Source: an uncultured Thiomicrospira sp.
GTDB taxonomy: Bacteria; Pseudomonadota; Gammaproteobacteria; CAKMZV01
NCBI GenBank assembly: GCA_965195345.1
Contig: OZ239628.1
Coordinates: 736,001-800,000 of the forward strand
DNA length: 64,000 bases
Direction: 5' to 3'
This document shows positions 1 to 9,526 of this stretch, in pieces. The notes beneath the pieces are model-generated. The model was not told the origin of the DNA. It did not search any database and saw only the letters and a list, made by a program, of their open reading frames with translations. Position 1 is the stretch's first letter. Each line of letters opens with the position of its first letter. A program made the translations under genes and the position numbers.

Positions 1-7
1 AGCTGCA

Positions 8-886
8 ATGCTTGATTTATCTGCGCCTAATCCATCGGTAGAAGCTATTCTGCACGCTTTAATTCCATTCAAATACGTAGATCATTCGCATGCAGACGTT
101 GTTGTTACTATTTCTAACTCTGTGCAGGGAAAGGAGTTGATTGCTGACTTATATGGCGATTATCTTATCGTTCCTTATGTTATGCCAGGATTTTTATTGG
201 CACAAAAAATTTATAGTATGACACGCAACTTTGATTGGGGAAAGTGTGCTGGTATCATACTGCACAATCACGGAATTTTTACTTTCGATGATGATGCAAA
301 AATCAGCTATGAAAAAATGATTGATGGCGTAAACAAAGCAGAGGAGTATTTATTGAAAAATACATCTCTACAAGATAGTGGGGAAGTTGCTGAGGATTTC
401 GATTTTGAAACACTGAAGAAATTGATTAGCCAAGCTAAAAATTTTGATGCACACCTTCATGTTAATCAATCACAGTTAGCCCTTAACTACGCTTCACAAC
501 CTAATCTTAATGCCTTTGCAACACGTGGAATGCTAACGCCTGAACACATTATTCGTACTAAAAGATGCCCATTAGTATTGAATAAGGGACAGGATGTAGC
601 TGGCACAATTGAAGAATATAAGCATGATTATTCTAATTATTTTGATGCATTTTCTCATGGCGAGTTATGTCTTAATGCAGCACCAAACTATGCCGTTATT
701 GCTGGAGTAGGGGTTGTTAGCTTTGGGAAAAATGAAAAAGAATCGAGTATTATCAACGACATTGTTGAACACACTATGGAGGCAGTGTTGCGTGCGGATC
801 AATTGGGTGGGTATCAAAGTATTGGACTAAAAGATAGTTTTGATATGGAGTATTGGGAATTAGAACAAGCAAAATTAAAAAAATAG
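8..886 (+). CDS. Class II aldolase/adducin family protein (RhaD-like aldolase domain); probably 5'-truncated by the window edge
   Basis: PSVEAILHA, VDHSHAD, ILHNHGIFTF and MEYWELEQAKL motifs; the frame is open back to position 2. Confidence 0.8.
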   Translation: MLDLSAPNPSVEAILHALIPFKYVDHSHADVVVTISNSVQGKELIADLYGDYLIVPYVMPGFLLAQKIYSMTRNFDWGKCAGIILHNHGIFTFDDDAKISYEKMIDGVNKAEEYLLKNTSLQDSGEVAEDFDFETLKKLISQAKNFDAHLHVNQSQLALNYASQPNLNAFATRGMLTPEHIIRTKRCPLVLNKGQDVAGTIEEYKHDYSNYFDAFSHGELCLNAAPNYAVIAGVGVVSFGKNEKESSIINDIVEHTMEAVLRADQLGGYQSIGLKDSFDMEYWELEQAKLKK

Positions 887-895
887 TCGTTCATC

Positions 896-2464
896 ATGGG
901 AAAATATTTAATGGCAATAGATGCGGGTACAGGCAGTGTCAGATCCGTCATTTTTGATTTGAAGGGACAACAAGTTGCCATGGCGCAACAAGAGTGGCAT
1001 CATTTGGAGGAAGACGGGGTTGCCAGTAGCATGACTTTTGACTATAGTTCCAATTGGAACTTGGTCGTCGCTTGTATTAAAAAATCTTTGACTGAAAGTG
1101 GTTTACAAGGCACGGATATTGCCGCAGTAAGCGCTACCAGTATGCGCGAGGGGATACTTGCTTACGATGCTAAAGGCGATGCTGTTTGGGGAGTCGCCAA
1201 TGTGGATGCTCGTGCTAGTCAAGAGGTTGCTTATTTAAAATCAACATTTCCAAATGTTGAAGAGGAGTTCTACCAGCAATCAGGACAAACCTTTGCCTTA
1301 GGAGCCTTACCTCGATTGCTTTGGTTAAAAAGGCATCGAAAAAATATATATGACAAAGTTGCCAAAATTTCCATGATAAGTGATTGGGTTTTAGCGCGAT
1401 TGAGTGGAGTTATCGCTACTGACCCGAGTAACGCTGGCACTACAGGTATATTTGATTTAAAAACCCGAAACTGGTTGCCTGAAATGGCAGAAAAAATCGG
1501 AATAAAAGAAAGTATCTTTCCTGAAGTTTTAGAGTCAGGAACAGTGATGGGTAAGGTGCGCTCAAAAGTCGCTTGTGAGACGGGTCTTTCAACGGACACA
1601 CTGGTTGTGATGGGAGGAGGAGATGTTCAATTAGGCGCTGCTGGTTTAGGAGTGGTTCGTACATCGCAAGTCGCGATACTAGGCGGTTCATTTTGGCAAC
1701 AAGTTGTCAATATTGATGCCCAAACGCCACCTCCAGCTGATATGGGGATACGAGTTAATCCACATGTTATAAAAGGACAGTCCCAAGCAGAAGGAATTAC
1801 TTTTTTTAGCGGTTTAATCATGCGTTGGTTTCGCGATGTGTTTTGCTCAGAAGAAGTACGCAGAGCACAAGAAGAGGGTGTTGATGCTTATGCTTTATTA
1901 GAAGAACAAGCAAGCATGGTACCGATTGGATCACACGGTATTTTGCCAATTTTTTCCGATTCAATGAAGTATGGTAAATGGCAGCATGCAGCCCCTTCAT
2001 TTGTGAATTTATCTATTGATTCAACAATGTGCAACAAAGGATCTCTATTTCGATCTTTACAAGAAAATGCGTGCATTGTGTCCGCTATCAATTTAAATAA
2101 AATTAAACATTTCACAGGAATAGAGTTCGATGAAATAGTTTTTGCAGGTGGTGCAAGTAAAGGATTCTTATGGCCTCAAATATTAGCCGATGTTTGTGGT
2201 TGTACAGTGAAAATTCCAAAAGTGACTGAAGCAACTGCTTTGGGAGTGGCAATAACTGCAGGCGTTGGAGCAGGTATTTATTCTTCGATTGAGAATGCTG
2301 CGGAAAGCCTTGTTTCTTGGGATCGTTTTTTTCACCCAAATCATGAGAATTTCAAACAATATATCGAGATACGACAACAATGGCAAAAAGTTTACGAGAA
2401 ACAAATGCAATTAGTCGATGAAGGGCTAACGAAATCGATGTGGAAAGCACCAGGCATTTTATAA
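896..2464 (+). CDS. lsrK: Autoinducer-2 kinase (FGGY carbohydrate kinase family)
   Basis: YLMAIDAGTGSVRSVIFD start, ATSMREG, GGGDVQLG, GGSFWQQ and C-terminal SMWKAPG, as in LsrK. Confidence 0.88.
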   Translation: MGKYLMAIDAGTGSVRSVIFDLKGQQVAMAQQEWHHLEEDGVASSMTFDYSSNWNLVVACIKKSLTESGLQGTDIAAVSATSMREGILAYDAKGDAVWGVANVDARASQEVAYLKSTFPNVEEEFYQQSGQTFALGALPRLLWLKRHRKNIYDKVAKISMISDWVLARLSGVIATDPSNAGTTGIFDLKTRNWLPEMAEKIGIKESIFPEVLESGTVMGKVRSKVACETGLSTDTLVVMGGGDVQLGAAGLGVVRTSQVAILGGSFWQQVVNIDAQTPPPADMGIRVNPHVIKGQSQAEGITFFSGLIMRWFRDVFCSEEVRRAQEEGVDAYALLEEQASMVPIGSHGILPIFSDSMKYGKWQHAAPSFVNLSIDSTMCNKGSLFRSLQENACIVSAINLNKIKHFTGIEFDEIVFAGGASKGFLWPQILADVCGCTVKIPKVTEATALGVAITAGVGAGIYSSIENAAESLVSWDRFFHPNHENFKQYIEIRQQWQKVYEKQMQLVDEGLTKSMWKAPGIL

Positions 2465-2854
2465 ATTGGCTGATTTATTAAATAGTATCATCTTTTTTGA
2501 GCCATTTTCTATACTTTAATTTGTGTTCAAAGAAATATCCAATAGTATCTGAAACGTTCTTGTTTATCTTGAACGGTGCTGCTACCAATAAACGAGCCTG
2601 TTCGATCAAATCTTTATTAGCTCTGATGATTTTTCTATAAAGGAATCTGCAAGAACATATATGTTTCTTGAAATTGATATGAAGAGCAAAGGGGATTGTA
2701 AAAATGAGGTGAAAATTTTTTAACAATATCTGGTATATGTCTTAAATGATATATATAATATATTGTTTTAAGTTGGTTGGTTTATGCGATTGATTCATTT
2801 TGTTGAGATTATTAAAAAAAGTTGAATTCATCAGATTGCATTAATTGAATTGTA

Positions 2855-3772
2855 ATGAAAAAAGTATTTGATATTCCCTCTATTAGCGCCTTGATTGCTT
2901 TTGAAAGTGCCGCTCGCTTAGAAAACTTCTCACACGCCGCGTTAGAGCGGAATACTTCTCAGTCAGCGATCAGTCGACACATAATTGATATCGAATCGCA
3001 GCTTGGCATTAAATTGTTTGATCGCTTAGGCAAGAGAGTTGTTTTAACCGATCAGGGCAAATCCTTTTATAAAGCAATCGCTTTTAGCCTTAACAGCATA
3101 CAAAATGCGATGAATGTGCTAAAAGAAAAGGAAACAGAAAAACAAGTTACGATTACATGTTCGCATGAAATTTCTCATTTATATTTGATGCCAAAATTTG
3201 AAATGTTGCGCTCAAAGCTTGGAGATAATGTTAATATCCGTGTGATGACTTATCAGTCTGGCGATATAGAGAAAAGTTTAGACACTACCAAAACAGACAT
3301 TGTTTTGGGTTATCAAATACACAATACGCCAGAACAGAATCAAGCGGTTCTATTCAAAGAAGCGGTTTGCCCAGTTTGTTCTCCAGCATTTTCTCGAAAA
3401 TTTGGTCTAATACTCAATCAGAAAAACACACTTCACCGCCTGCCCTTGTTGGAACTTCAAGGAAAGGGAATGGGGAAGTTAACTTGGTTGGATTATTTTG
3501 CTCATCATGGATTAGCACCTGAAAAGTTAGACGTGTCCAGTTATCATAGCTATGTTTATTTGCTTGAAGCAGCGATGTCTGGAAAAGGAGTTGCTTTGGC
3601 TTGGCGAGGTTGCATTGAACGCTATTTAGAAAATAAAGGACTGGTTATGGTTGATAAAGAGTACATGGTTAGTGAAAATTACTTACATGCGATGTTAACC
3701 AGTGCTGGTAGTAGGAATGAAATAGCTTGGAGATGCTTTGATTTTTTTAAATCGTTGTCTTCTCGGCAATAA
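2855..3772 (+). CDS. LysR family transcriptional regulator (GcvA-like)
   Basis: N-terminal HTH (LIAFESAARLENFSHAALE..SQSAISRHI..IE..LGIKLFDR); 305 aa; GKGVALAW. Confidence 0.92.
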   Translation: MKKVFDIPSISALIAFESAARLENFSHAALERNTSQSAISRHIIDIESQLGIKLFDRLGKRVVLTDQGKSFYKAIAFSLNSIQNAMNVLKEKETEKQVTITCSHEISHLYLMPKFEMLRSKLGDNVNIRVMTYQSGDIEKSLDTTKTDIVLGYQIHNTPEQNQAVLFKEAVCPVCSPAFSRKFGLILNQKNTLHRLPLLELQGKGMGKLTWLDYFAHHGLAPEKLDVSSYHSYVYLLEAAMSGKGVALAWRGCIERYLENKGLVMVDKEYMVSENYLHAMLTSAGSRNEIAWRCFDFFKSLSSRQ

Positions 3773-3937
3773 TTGGCATGCAACAGATTTGTGTATCAGT
3801 CAATATAAAGTAGCTTTTTCTTATTGGTTCATATTCTTCGATATGAGATAAATTATTTTAATCGAAAGCGCTCTGAATTCTGTTATAGTAGCGCGTTCGT
3901 TTTTAATTGTTAGAGCAGAGGCTCAAAAGGAGAATAT

Positions 3938-4906
3938 ATGAAAAAAAGCATATCAATGTTAATAATGGCATTTACTGCATTCTCGTTTGCATCGATAGCA
4001 AACGCAAAAGATTGTGGAGAAGTAACCATCACTGAAATGAACTGGGCGTCATCGCAAGTTATTACAGAAGTATCCAAATTCCTAATGGAACAGGGATATG
4101 GGTGTACGGTTAAAAAGGTACCCTCGGCGACAGTCCCTGCGGTTACATCTCTTGTTGAAACTGGAGAACCAAATATTGTGACAGAATTATGGGTTCTATC
4201 AACTCCCATTTACAATGAATTAGAAGCTGAGGGCAAAGTGCATACTACAGCTGAAGTTTTATCTGATGGCGGTGTTGAAGGCTGGTGGATTCCAAAATAT
4301 TTGGCTGAGAAGCATCCTGAATTAACAACTATTGATGGTCTTTTAGCAAATGCTGATAAGATTGGTAATCGATTCCATACTTGTCCTTCAGGATGGGCTT
4401 GTGAAAAAACCAATGCTAATCTTGCAAAAGCGTATGACCTTGAAGGTAACGGCATTGAAGTATTCCAACATGGATCTGGGCAAACGCTTGCCGCTTCAAT
4501 CGCTTCAGCTTACTCTTCTAAAGAACCTTGGTTTGGCTATTACTGGGCTCCAACAGCAATTCTTGGTAAATATGAAATGGTTTCAGTAGATATTGGTCCT
4601 CATAATGCTGCTGGATGGAGTTGTAATACGGATGCTGCATGTGACAATCCAGTTAAGTCTTCTTACCCTGTTTCACGAGTTATAACCACCGTTACCGATG
4701 ATTTAGCAAGAGACAAACCAGACGTTAAGAACTTGATGTCTAAAGTATCTTTTCCTAACGCAGTTATGGGTGAGATTCTTGCATGGAAAGAAGATAATAA
4801 TGCTTCTGCTGAGGAAGCAGCTGTTTACTTCTTAACTAAATATAAGTCAACTTGGAAAAATTGGTTAAACGACTCTGCGCGTAAAAAACTAAGTCGTTTA
4901 CTTTAA
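3938..4906 (+). CDS. Glycine betaine/quaternary-amine ABC transporter substrate-binding protein (ProX/OpuAC family)
   Basis: Signal peptide, MNWASS, ELW, CPSGWAC, WFGYYWAP; SD AAGGAG upstream. Confidence 0.85.
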   Translation: MKKSISMLIMAFTAFSFASIANAKDCGEVTITEMNWASSQVITEVSKFLMEQGYGCTVKKVPSATVPAVTSLVETGEPNIVTELWVLSTPIYNELEAEGKVHTTAEVLSDGGVEGWWIPKYLAEKHPELTTIDGLLANADKIGNRFHTCPSGWACEKTNANLAKAYDLEGNGIEVFQHGSGQTLAASIASAYSSKEPWFGYYWAPTAILGKYEMVSVDIGPHNAAGWSCNTDAACDNPVKSSYPVSRVITTVTDDLARDKPDVKNLMSKVSFPNAVMGEILAWKEDNNASAEEAAVYFLTKYKSTWKNWLNDSARKKLSRLL

Positions 4907-4937
4907 TCTGAGTACTTTCTTAAACCTTTTAGGTTTC

Positions 4938-4967
4938 AATACCCTGCCAAGCGCAGGGTATTTTTTT
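4938..4967 (+). terminator. Rho-independent terminator
   Basis: AATACCCTGC-caagc-GCAGGGTATT hairpin followed by a T run, just after the binding-protein gene. Confidence 0.85.
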
Positions 4968-5034
4968 GTGGGTTAATGATATTTTATATCCTCTATTAAG
5001 AGGCTCTTAGGGTAGAATACCACTCGATGAAAAT

Positions 5035-5110
5035 GGGTGCTTAGCTCAGTTGGGAGAGCATCGCCCTTACAAGGCGAGGGTCGCAGGTTCAAGCCCTGCA
5101 GCACCCACCA
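5035..5110 (+). tRNA. tRNA-Val(TAC)
   Basis: GGGTGCT...AGCACCC acceptor stem, anticodon loop CTTACAA, T-arm GGTTCAAGCC, encoded CCA. Confidence 0.97.
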
Positions 5111-5113
5111 TGC

Positions 5114-5191
5114 GCAGCGGTAGTTCAGTTTGGTTAGAATACCGGCCTGTCACGCCGGGGGTCGCGGGTTCGAGCCCCGTCCGCTGCGCCA
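5114..5191 (+). tRNA. tRNA-Asp(GTC)
   Basis: GCAGCGG...CCGCTGC acceptor stem, anticodon loop CTGTCAC, GGTTCGAG T-loop, CCA. Confidence 0.97.
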
Positions 5192-5227
5192 CTTTACCAT
5201 TTGACGGATATATCGTGTCACCTCTAA

Positions 5228-5926
5228 ATGACAAAAAACCTGCAACAATTACAAAGCCGAATCGGTTATCAATTTAACAATTGTTCAATGCTGGAGCGTG
5301 CGCTGACTCATCGCAGCGCTAGCAGAGATAATAATGAGCGCTTAGAATTTCTTGGCGATAGTATTTTAGAGTTCGTTATAGCGGATAGCTTGTATCAAAA
5401 ATATCCTAATTTGCGCGAAGGAAAACTCAGCCGTTTGCGCTCGAATTTAGTAAGAGGAGATACGTTAGTCGTTTTAGCAAATCGATTTGAAATTGGAAAC
5501 AGTTTATTACTCGGACAAGGAGAGCGAAGTAATGGAGGGGCTCTTCGAGAATCTATTCTTTCTGACGCATTTGAAGCAATTGTAGGAGCGGTTTATCTTG
5601 ATGCTGGTTTGGATAAATGTCAAGAGCTCATATTGATTTGGTTTGAAGATTTTTTTGAAAAACTAAATCCAGACGATATCAATAAAGATCCGAAGACTGA
5701 ATTACAAGAATGGTTGCAGGCGCGTAAATTTACTTTACCTGAGTACAATATTGTAAAAACAACAGGCGATGAACACAGCCGTGAATTTACTGTTAGCTGT
5801 AGTGTAAGTGCTTTAGATGAACTCATTATTGCAATAGGGAAAAGTCGCCGCAAAGGCGAACAGCAGGCAGCAACAAATGCTCTAAAAATACTTAAAAAAG
5901 GTCAGTATGACACAAGCTGCGTTTAA
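5228..5926 (+). CDS. rnc: Ribonuclease III
   Basis: ALTHRS, NERLEFLGDS signature, C-terminal dsRBD (DPKTELQE). Confidence 0.98.
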   Translation: MTKNLQQLQSRIGYQFNNCSMLERALTHRSASRDNNERLEFLGDSILEFVIADSLYQKYPNLREGKLSRLRSNLVRGDTLVVLANRFEIGNSLLLGQGERSNGGALRESILSDAFEAIVGAVYLDAGLDKCQELILIWFEDFFEKLNPDDINKDPKTELQEWLQARKFTLPEYNIVKTTGDEHSREFTVSCSVSALDELIIAIGKSRRKGEQQAATNALKILKKGQYDTSCV

Positions 5927-6806
5927 AAGCGGCATGGTTTCAGTTATAGGAAGGCCGAATGTTGGCAAGTCAACGTTGGTTAATATCTTGGTTGGACAAA
6001 AAATAAGTATTACTTCACAAAAGGTTCAAACCACTCGGCATAGAATTCATGGCATTAAAACATCCAATAGCATGCAGATGGTATTGGTGGATACACCTGG
6101 AATACACAGCGGCACACATAAAAAGGCACTTAACAGACAATTAAACCGTACTGCTAAAACTGCTCTTGATGGTATTGATTGTATTTTGTTATTGGTTGAA
6201 GTTATGCGTTGGACGCAAGATGAGGACACAATTGTTAAATTGCTTCAAGGCATTTCAATACCTCTGGTGGTAGTAATTAATAAAATTGATTTATTATCGG
6301 CTAAGGAAATGGCACTGCCGTTTTTTCAAAAAATCGAACAACATTTACCCGAAAATATCGCAATAGTTCCCATTTCTGCATTGCGCAATGATGGACTTAA
6401 CCATCTTGAAGCTGTTATTGAAAAAGTTTTGCCAGTAGGAGATTTAATTTTCCCAGAAGATTATGTGACGGATAAAAGTGTACGTTTTTTGGTTGCTGAA
6501 ATTGTGCGAGAGAAATTGACGTGGCGATTGAATCAAGAGATTCCTTATGGGATTGCTGTTGATGTTGAACGCTTTGAAGAAGGAAAAACACTTACTAAAA
6601 TAGATGCGGTGATATACGTTGAACGCAAGGTTCATAAGGCGATTGTTGTTGGCAAACAAGGTGAACTTCTAAAGTGGGTCGGGACACAAGCTAGAATAGA
6701 CATTGAAAAACTCATTAATACCAAATTGTATTTAAAACTTTGGGTTAAAGTGCGCAGCAATTGGTCAGATGATGAAGCAGCCATCCATGCTTTGGGTTAT
6801 GAATAG
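5907..6806 (+). CDS. era: GTPase Era
   Basis: GRPNVGKSTL, QTTRHRI, DTPG, NKID and KH domain; follows rnc. Confidence 0.98.
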   Translation: MTQAAFKSGMVSVIGRPNVGKSTLVNILVGQKISITSQKVQTTRHRIHGIKTSNSMQMVLVDTPGIHSGTHKKALNRQLNRTAKTALDGIDCILLLVEVMRWTQDEDTIVKLLQGISIPLVVVINKIDLLSAKEMALPFFQKIEQHLPENIAIVPISALRNDGLNHLEAVIEKVLPVGDLIFPEDYVTDKSVRFLVAEIVREKLTWRLNQEIPYGIAVDVERFEEGKTLTKIDAVIYVERKVHKAIVVGKQGELLKWVGTQARIDIEKLINTKLYLKLWVKVRSNWSDDEAAIHALGYE

Positions 6807-6809
6807 CGT

Positions 6810-7529
6810 ATGTCTGAAAAACGTTTTTTTGAAGATGAAGGCTTTTTATTACAGCCTGTTAACCGATGGAGAGAATACGATGGTAGGCTTATTTGGTTCG
6901 GGGGAAAAGCAGGTTGTATCGATTTAAATATTTTTGGGGTTTTTGGAAAGAGCAGGCGACGAGCTGCAATTCTTCAATTATTTCATCGTTTAAATATTCA
7001 TTGGGAGCATCGAGGCGATTATCCAGTTGGGGTAGTGAAGTCAGTCGATTTATTGACGAGTCATAAATTAGAAACGCCTTTAAAATTAGCATGTGGAAGT
7101 TACATTAATGAACTGGTAAGGAGGTGCTATAAAGGGGTTGAAGAATGCCATTGGGAGGCGTTGGTTGAGCAAATGAATAGTATCTTTGCAACATTCTTTC
7201 AAATTGAAACGGCAGTGCAAGCGGAGAAGCCTATCCGTCAATTTGAAGCCAACTTACTTTCAATGCAAGGTTATACTGTATACGAAGATTTTCCTACTGC
7301 AGAAGGACGCTATAGGTACAGTCTTGAAGGGGAGTGGATTAGAGATGAACAAGGTTTGAGTCGCAACGAGTTAAAAGGACTTCAAAAAAGTCAATGCGAT
7401 TTATGGCAGACGCCTTGGGATGATGATTTTCGTTTGCGTATTAAACGTATGCATCGACTTATTTTATCTGAACTTTTTGGTAACCAACCGATGCAGGTTA
7501 GAGAGTTTTTTGGAAAAGGAGCGCAATGA
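6810..7529 (+). CDS. recO: DNA repair protein RecO (divergent)
   Basis: Position in rnc-era-X-pdxJ, size, and motifs LQLF, YINEL, RQFE..LL..GY. Confidence 0.8.
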   Translation: MSEKRFFEDEGFLLQPVNRWREYDGRLIWFGGKAGCIDLNIFGVFGKSRRRAAILQLFHRLNIHWEHRGDYPVGVVKSVDLLTSHKLETPLKLACGSYINELVRRCYKGVEECHWEALVEQMNSIFATFFQIETAVQAEKPIRQFEANLLSMQGYTVYEDFPTAEGRYRYSLEGEWIRDEQGLSRNELKGLQKSQCDLWQTPWDDDFRLRIKRMHRLILSELFGNQPMQVREFFGKGAQ

Positions 7530-8260
7530 CTTTTAAGGCAAGAAAATTGCTCGGAATCAATGTTGATCATGTGGCAACACTTCGACAAGCGCGATTAACT
7601 TCGTATCCCGACCCTGTTGAAGCAGGAATAATTGCTTTAGAAAATGGAGCGGATGCAATTACGATTCACTTAAGAGAGGATCGTCGTCATATTCAAGAAA
7701 AAGACGTTGAACGTTTTTGTTCTCTTAAGGATGTGCGTGTTAATTTGGAAATGGCAAATACCGATGAAATGATTGAGATGGCATTACGTTATCGTCCTCA
7801 AGATGTGTGTATCGTTCCTGAAAAAAGAGAGGAGTTGACTACCGAGGGCGGTTTAGATGTCATTCGACATAAATCAGAATTAAAGGAAAATATTAGTAAG
7901 CTACAAGCAGTTGGCATTCGGGTTTCGCTATTCGTTGAGGCTAATGAAGGTCAAATCAATGCAGCAGCATCAGTAAACGCTAACTTGATAGAACTGCATA
8001 CTGGGCACTATGCCAATTTAGAGTCAATGTCAGAGGAGCAAAAAATAGAGCTGGCAAATTTAGAGCGTATCAGTATTTACGCTCATTCTTTGGGGCTTGG
8101 GGTTAATGCAGGGCATGGATTGAATCGATTAAACGTTAATGCAGTTGCTAAAATCGATCACATAGAAGAATTAAACATTGGGCATTCAATCATAGCAGAT
8201 GCTGTTTTAGTCGGTATAGGACGGGCTACTGCGGATATGCGTCAAGCCATTGATGCTTGA
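7526..8260 (+). CDS. pdxJ: Pyridoxine 5'-phosphate synthase
   Basis: LGINVDHVATLRQAR, HLREDRRHIQ, ELTTEGGLD, VNAGHGL, ELNIGHSI. Confidence 0.98.
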   Translation: MTFKARKLLGINVDHVATLRQARLTSYPDPVEAGIIALENGADAITIHLREDRRHIQEKDVERFCSLKDVRVNLEMANTDEMIEMALRYRPQDVCIVPEKREELTTEGGLDVIRHKSELKENISKLQAVGIRVSLFVEANEGQINAAASVNANLIELHTGHYANLESMSEEQKIELANLERISIYAHSLGLGVNAGHGLNRLNVNAVAKIDHIEELNIGHSIIADAVLVGIGRATADMRQAIDA

Positions 8261-8271
8261 GGTATAGAGTA

Positions 8272-8652
8272 ATGACACTTGCTGTTGGCATTGATATAGT
8301 AGAAATTGAAAGGATTTCTAAACTGCTCAAAAGTCAAAATATACGGTTTGTTAAACGCGTATTGAATGAGAAAGAACAAACGCTATTTCATGCAGTCAGT
8401 GCGGTGAATAAAGATGCGTGGTTAGCAAAACGTTTTGCTGCTAAAGAAGCAGTGTTCAAAGCGCTTGGATGTGGGTTGGCACAGGGAGTAACTTTCCACG
8501 ATATTAATGTTTCTAATGATGCCATGGGGAAACCAGAAGTCTCACTACACAAAGAAGCACTCAACAAATTAGCATTGATGGGTGGAGAAAAAGTCCTCGT
8601 AAGTCTTAGTGATGAACGACGCTACGCAATAGCTATTGCGAATATAATTTAA
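8272..8652 (+). CDS. acpS: Holo-ACP synthase
   Basis: GIDIVEIERI, AKRFAAKEA, GKP, VSLSDE; start reassigned to the ATG at 8272. Confidence 0.95.
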   Translation: MTLAVGIDIVEIERISKLLKSQNIRFVKRVLNEKEQTLFHAVSAVNKDAWLAKRFAAKEAVFKALGCGLAQGVTFHDINVSNDAMGKPEVSLHKEALNKLALMGGEKVLVSLSDERRYAIAIANII

Positions 8653-8796
8653 ATTACTAGTGTAATTGTGTTTTTGAGGCGTTATTATTGAGGTGCACGT
8701 GACTACTTTGGGTAAAATGTATTGCCTGCAAAGAGATCCTTTGTTAAAAGACCAAATCTTTAATTACTGAACGATAATAAATTTAACGAGTATAGC

Positions 8797-9339
8797 GTGC
8801 AAGAAACTTGGAATGTGATCAAACAGTTACAAATAACGTACGATGCCGAAGCTGATCGGTTATTGTTGGTCTTTGAAGGAGAGGAAATTCAAAAAGCTTG
8901 GGTAACACGGCGACTAATGTTGCTTGTTTGGCCAAAACTTTTGGATTTAATTGAGCAACGATTTGACAAGAACGCATGGGCAATGATTGATTTGCCAAAA
9001 CAAGCCGTTAGTAAAGACTATCGCATTGAACATTCAGCAAAAACACCTCCGTTGATGCAATTGGCTGAAGGAGGGTGTATGGACTCTTTTTTATCGCATC
9101 GACTAACAATGAATTTTGGGGATAATGAAGCAATTGTTTTTCATTTTCTTGATAAAAATGATATGGGAATTTTGATACACTTGTCGAATGAGATGCTCTC
9201 AGTTTTTATAAAGATACTGATGCAATCCTTACAAACTGCTGGCTGGGACTTACCCATGGATAAATTTAAAGAAATTGATCAGTCTCATGTTGCTGTATCA
9301 ATTCCTTATGAAAGTGGTGAAGAGAAAAAACTGCACTAG
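8797..9339 (+). CDS. Hypothetical protein
   Basis: 180-aa ORF with normal host composition (YDAEADRLLL, WVTRR, AGWDLP); family not recognised; true start may be slightly downstream. Confidence 0.7.
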   Translation: MQETWNVIKQLQITYDAEADRLLLVFEGEEIQKAWVTRRLMLLVWPKLLDLIEQRFDKNAWAMIDLPKQAVSKDYRIEHSAKTPPLMQLAEGGCMDSFLSHRLTMNFGDNEAIVFHFLDKNDMGILIHLSNEMLSVFIKILMQSLQTAGWDLPMDKFKEIDQSHVAVSIPYESGEEKKLH

Positions 9340-9346
9340 GTATTAA

Positions 9347-9526
9347 ATGATGAAACTTCTGTTATTATTGGCATTACTCGGGACGGGCTTTTATTTTTGG
9401 CAAGACGTGTCTCCTTATGCGCATTCTGTTATTCAGTTTTTAGACGAGAAATCTCAATCTTCAAAAGAGACTATTGATAAAGCGAAAGATATTTTTAAAG
9501 ATGTCTCCGAGAAAGAATCTGAATGA
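9347..9526 (+). CDS. Small single-pass membrane or exported protein, 59 aa (not in the ORF track)
   Basis: Translated by hand: MMKLLLLLALLGTGFYFWQDVSPYAHSVIQFLDEKSQSSKETIDKAKDIFKDVSEKESE*; starts 7 bp after the previous stop; ATGA overlap with the next gene. Confidence 0.75.
   Translation: MMKLLLLLALLGTGFYFWQDVSPYAHSVIQFLDEKSQSSKETIDKAKDIFKDVSEKESE

Noticed and set aside
2478-2726. 82-aa minus-strand ORF
   Set aside because: TTG start, no recognisable motif, lies in AT-rich intergenic DNA; unsupported
5050-5277. ORF over tRNA-Val/Asp (likewise 14121-14384 over tRNA-Gln)
   Set aside because: Spurious translations of tRNA genes
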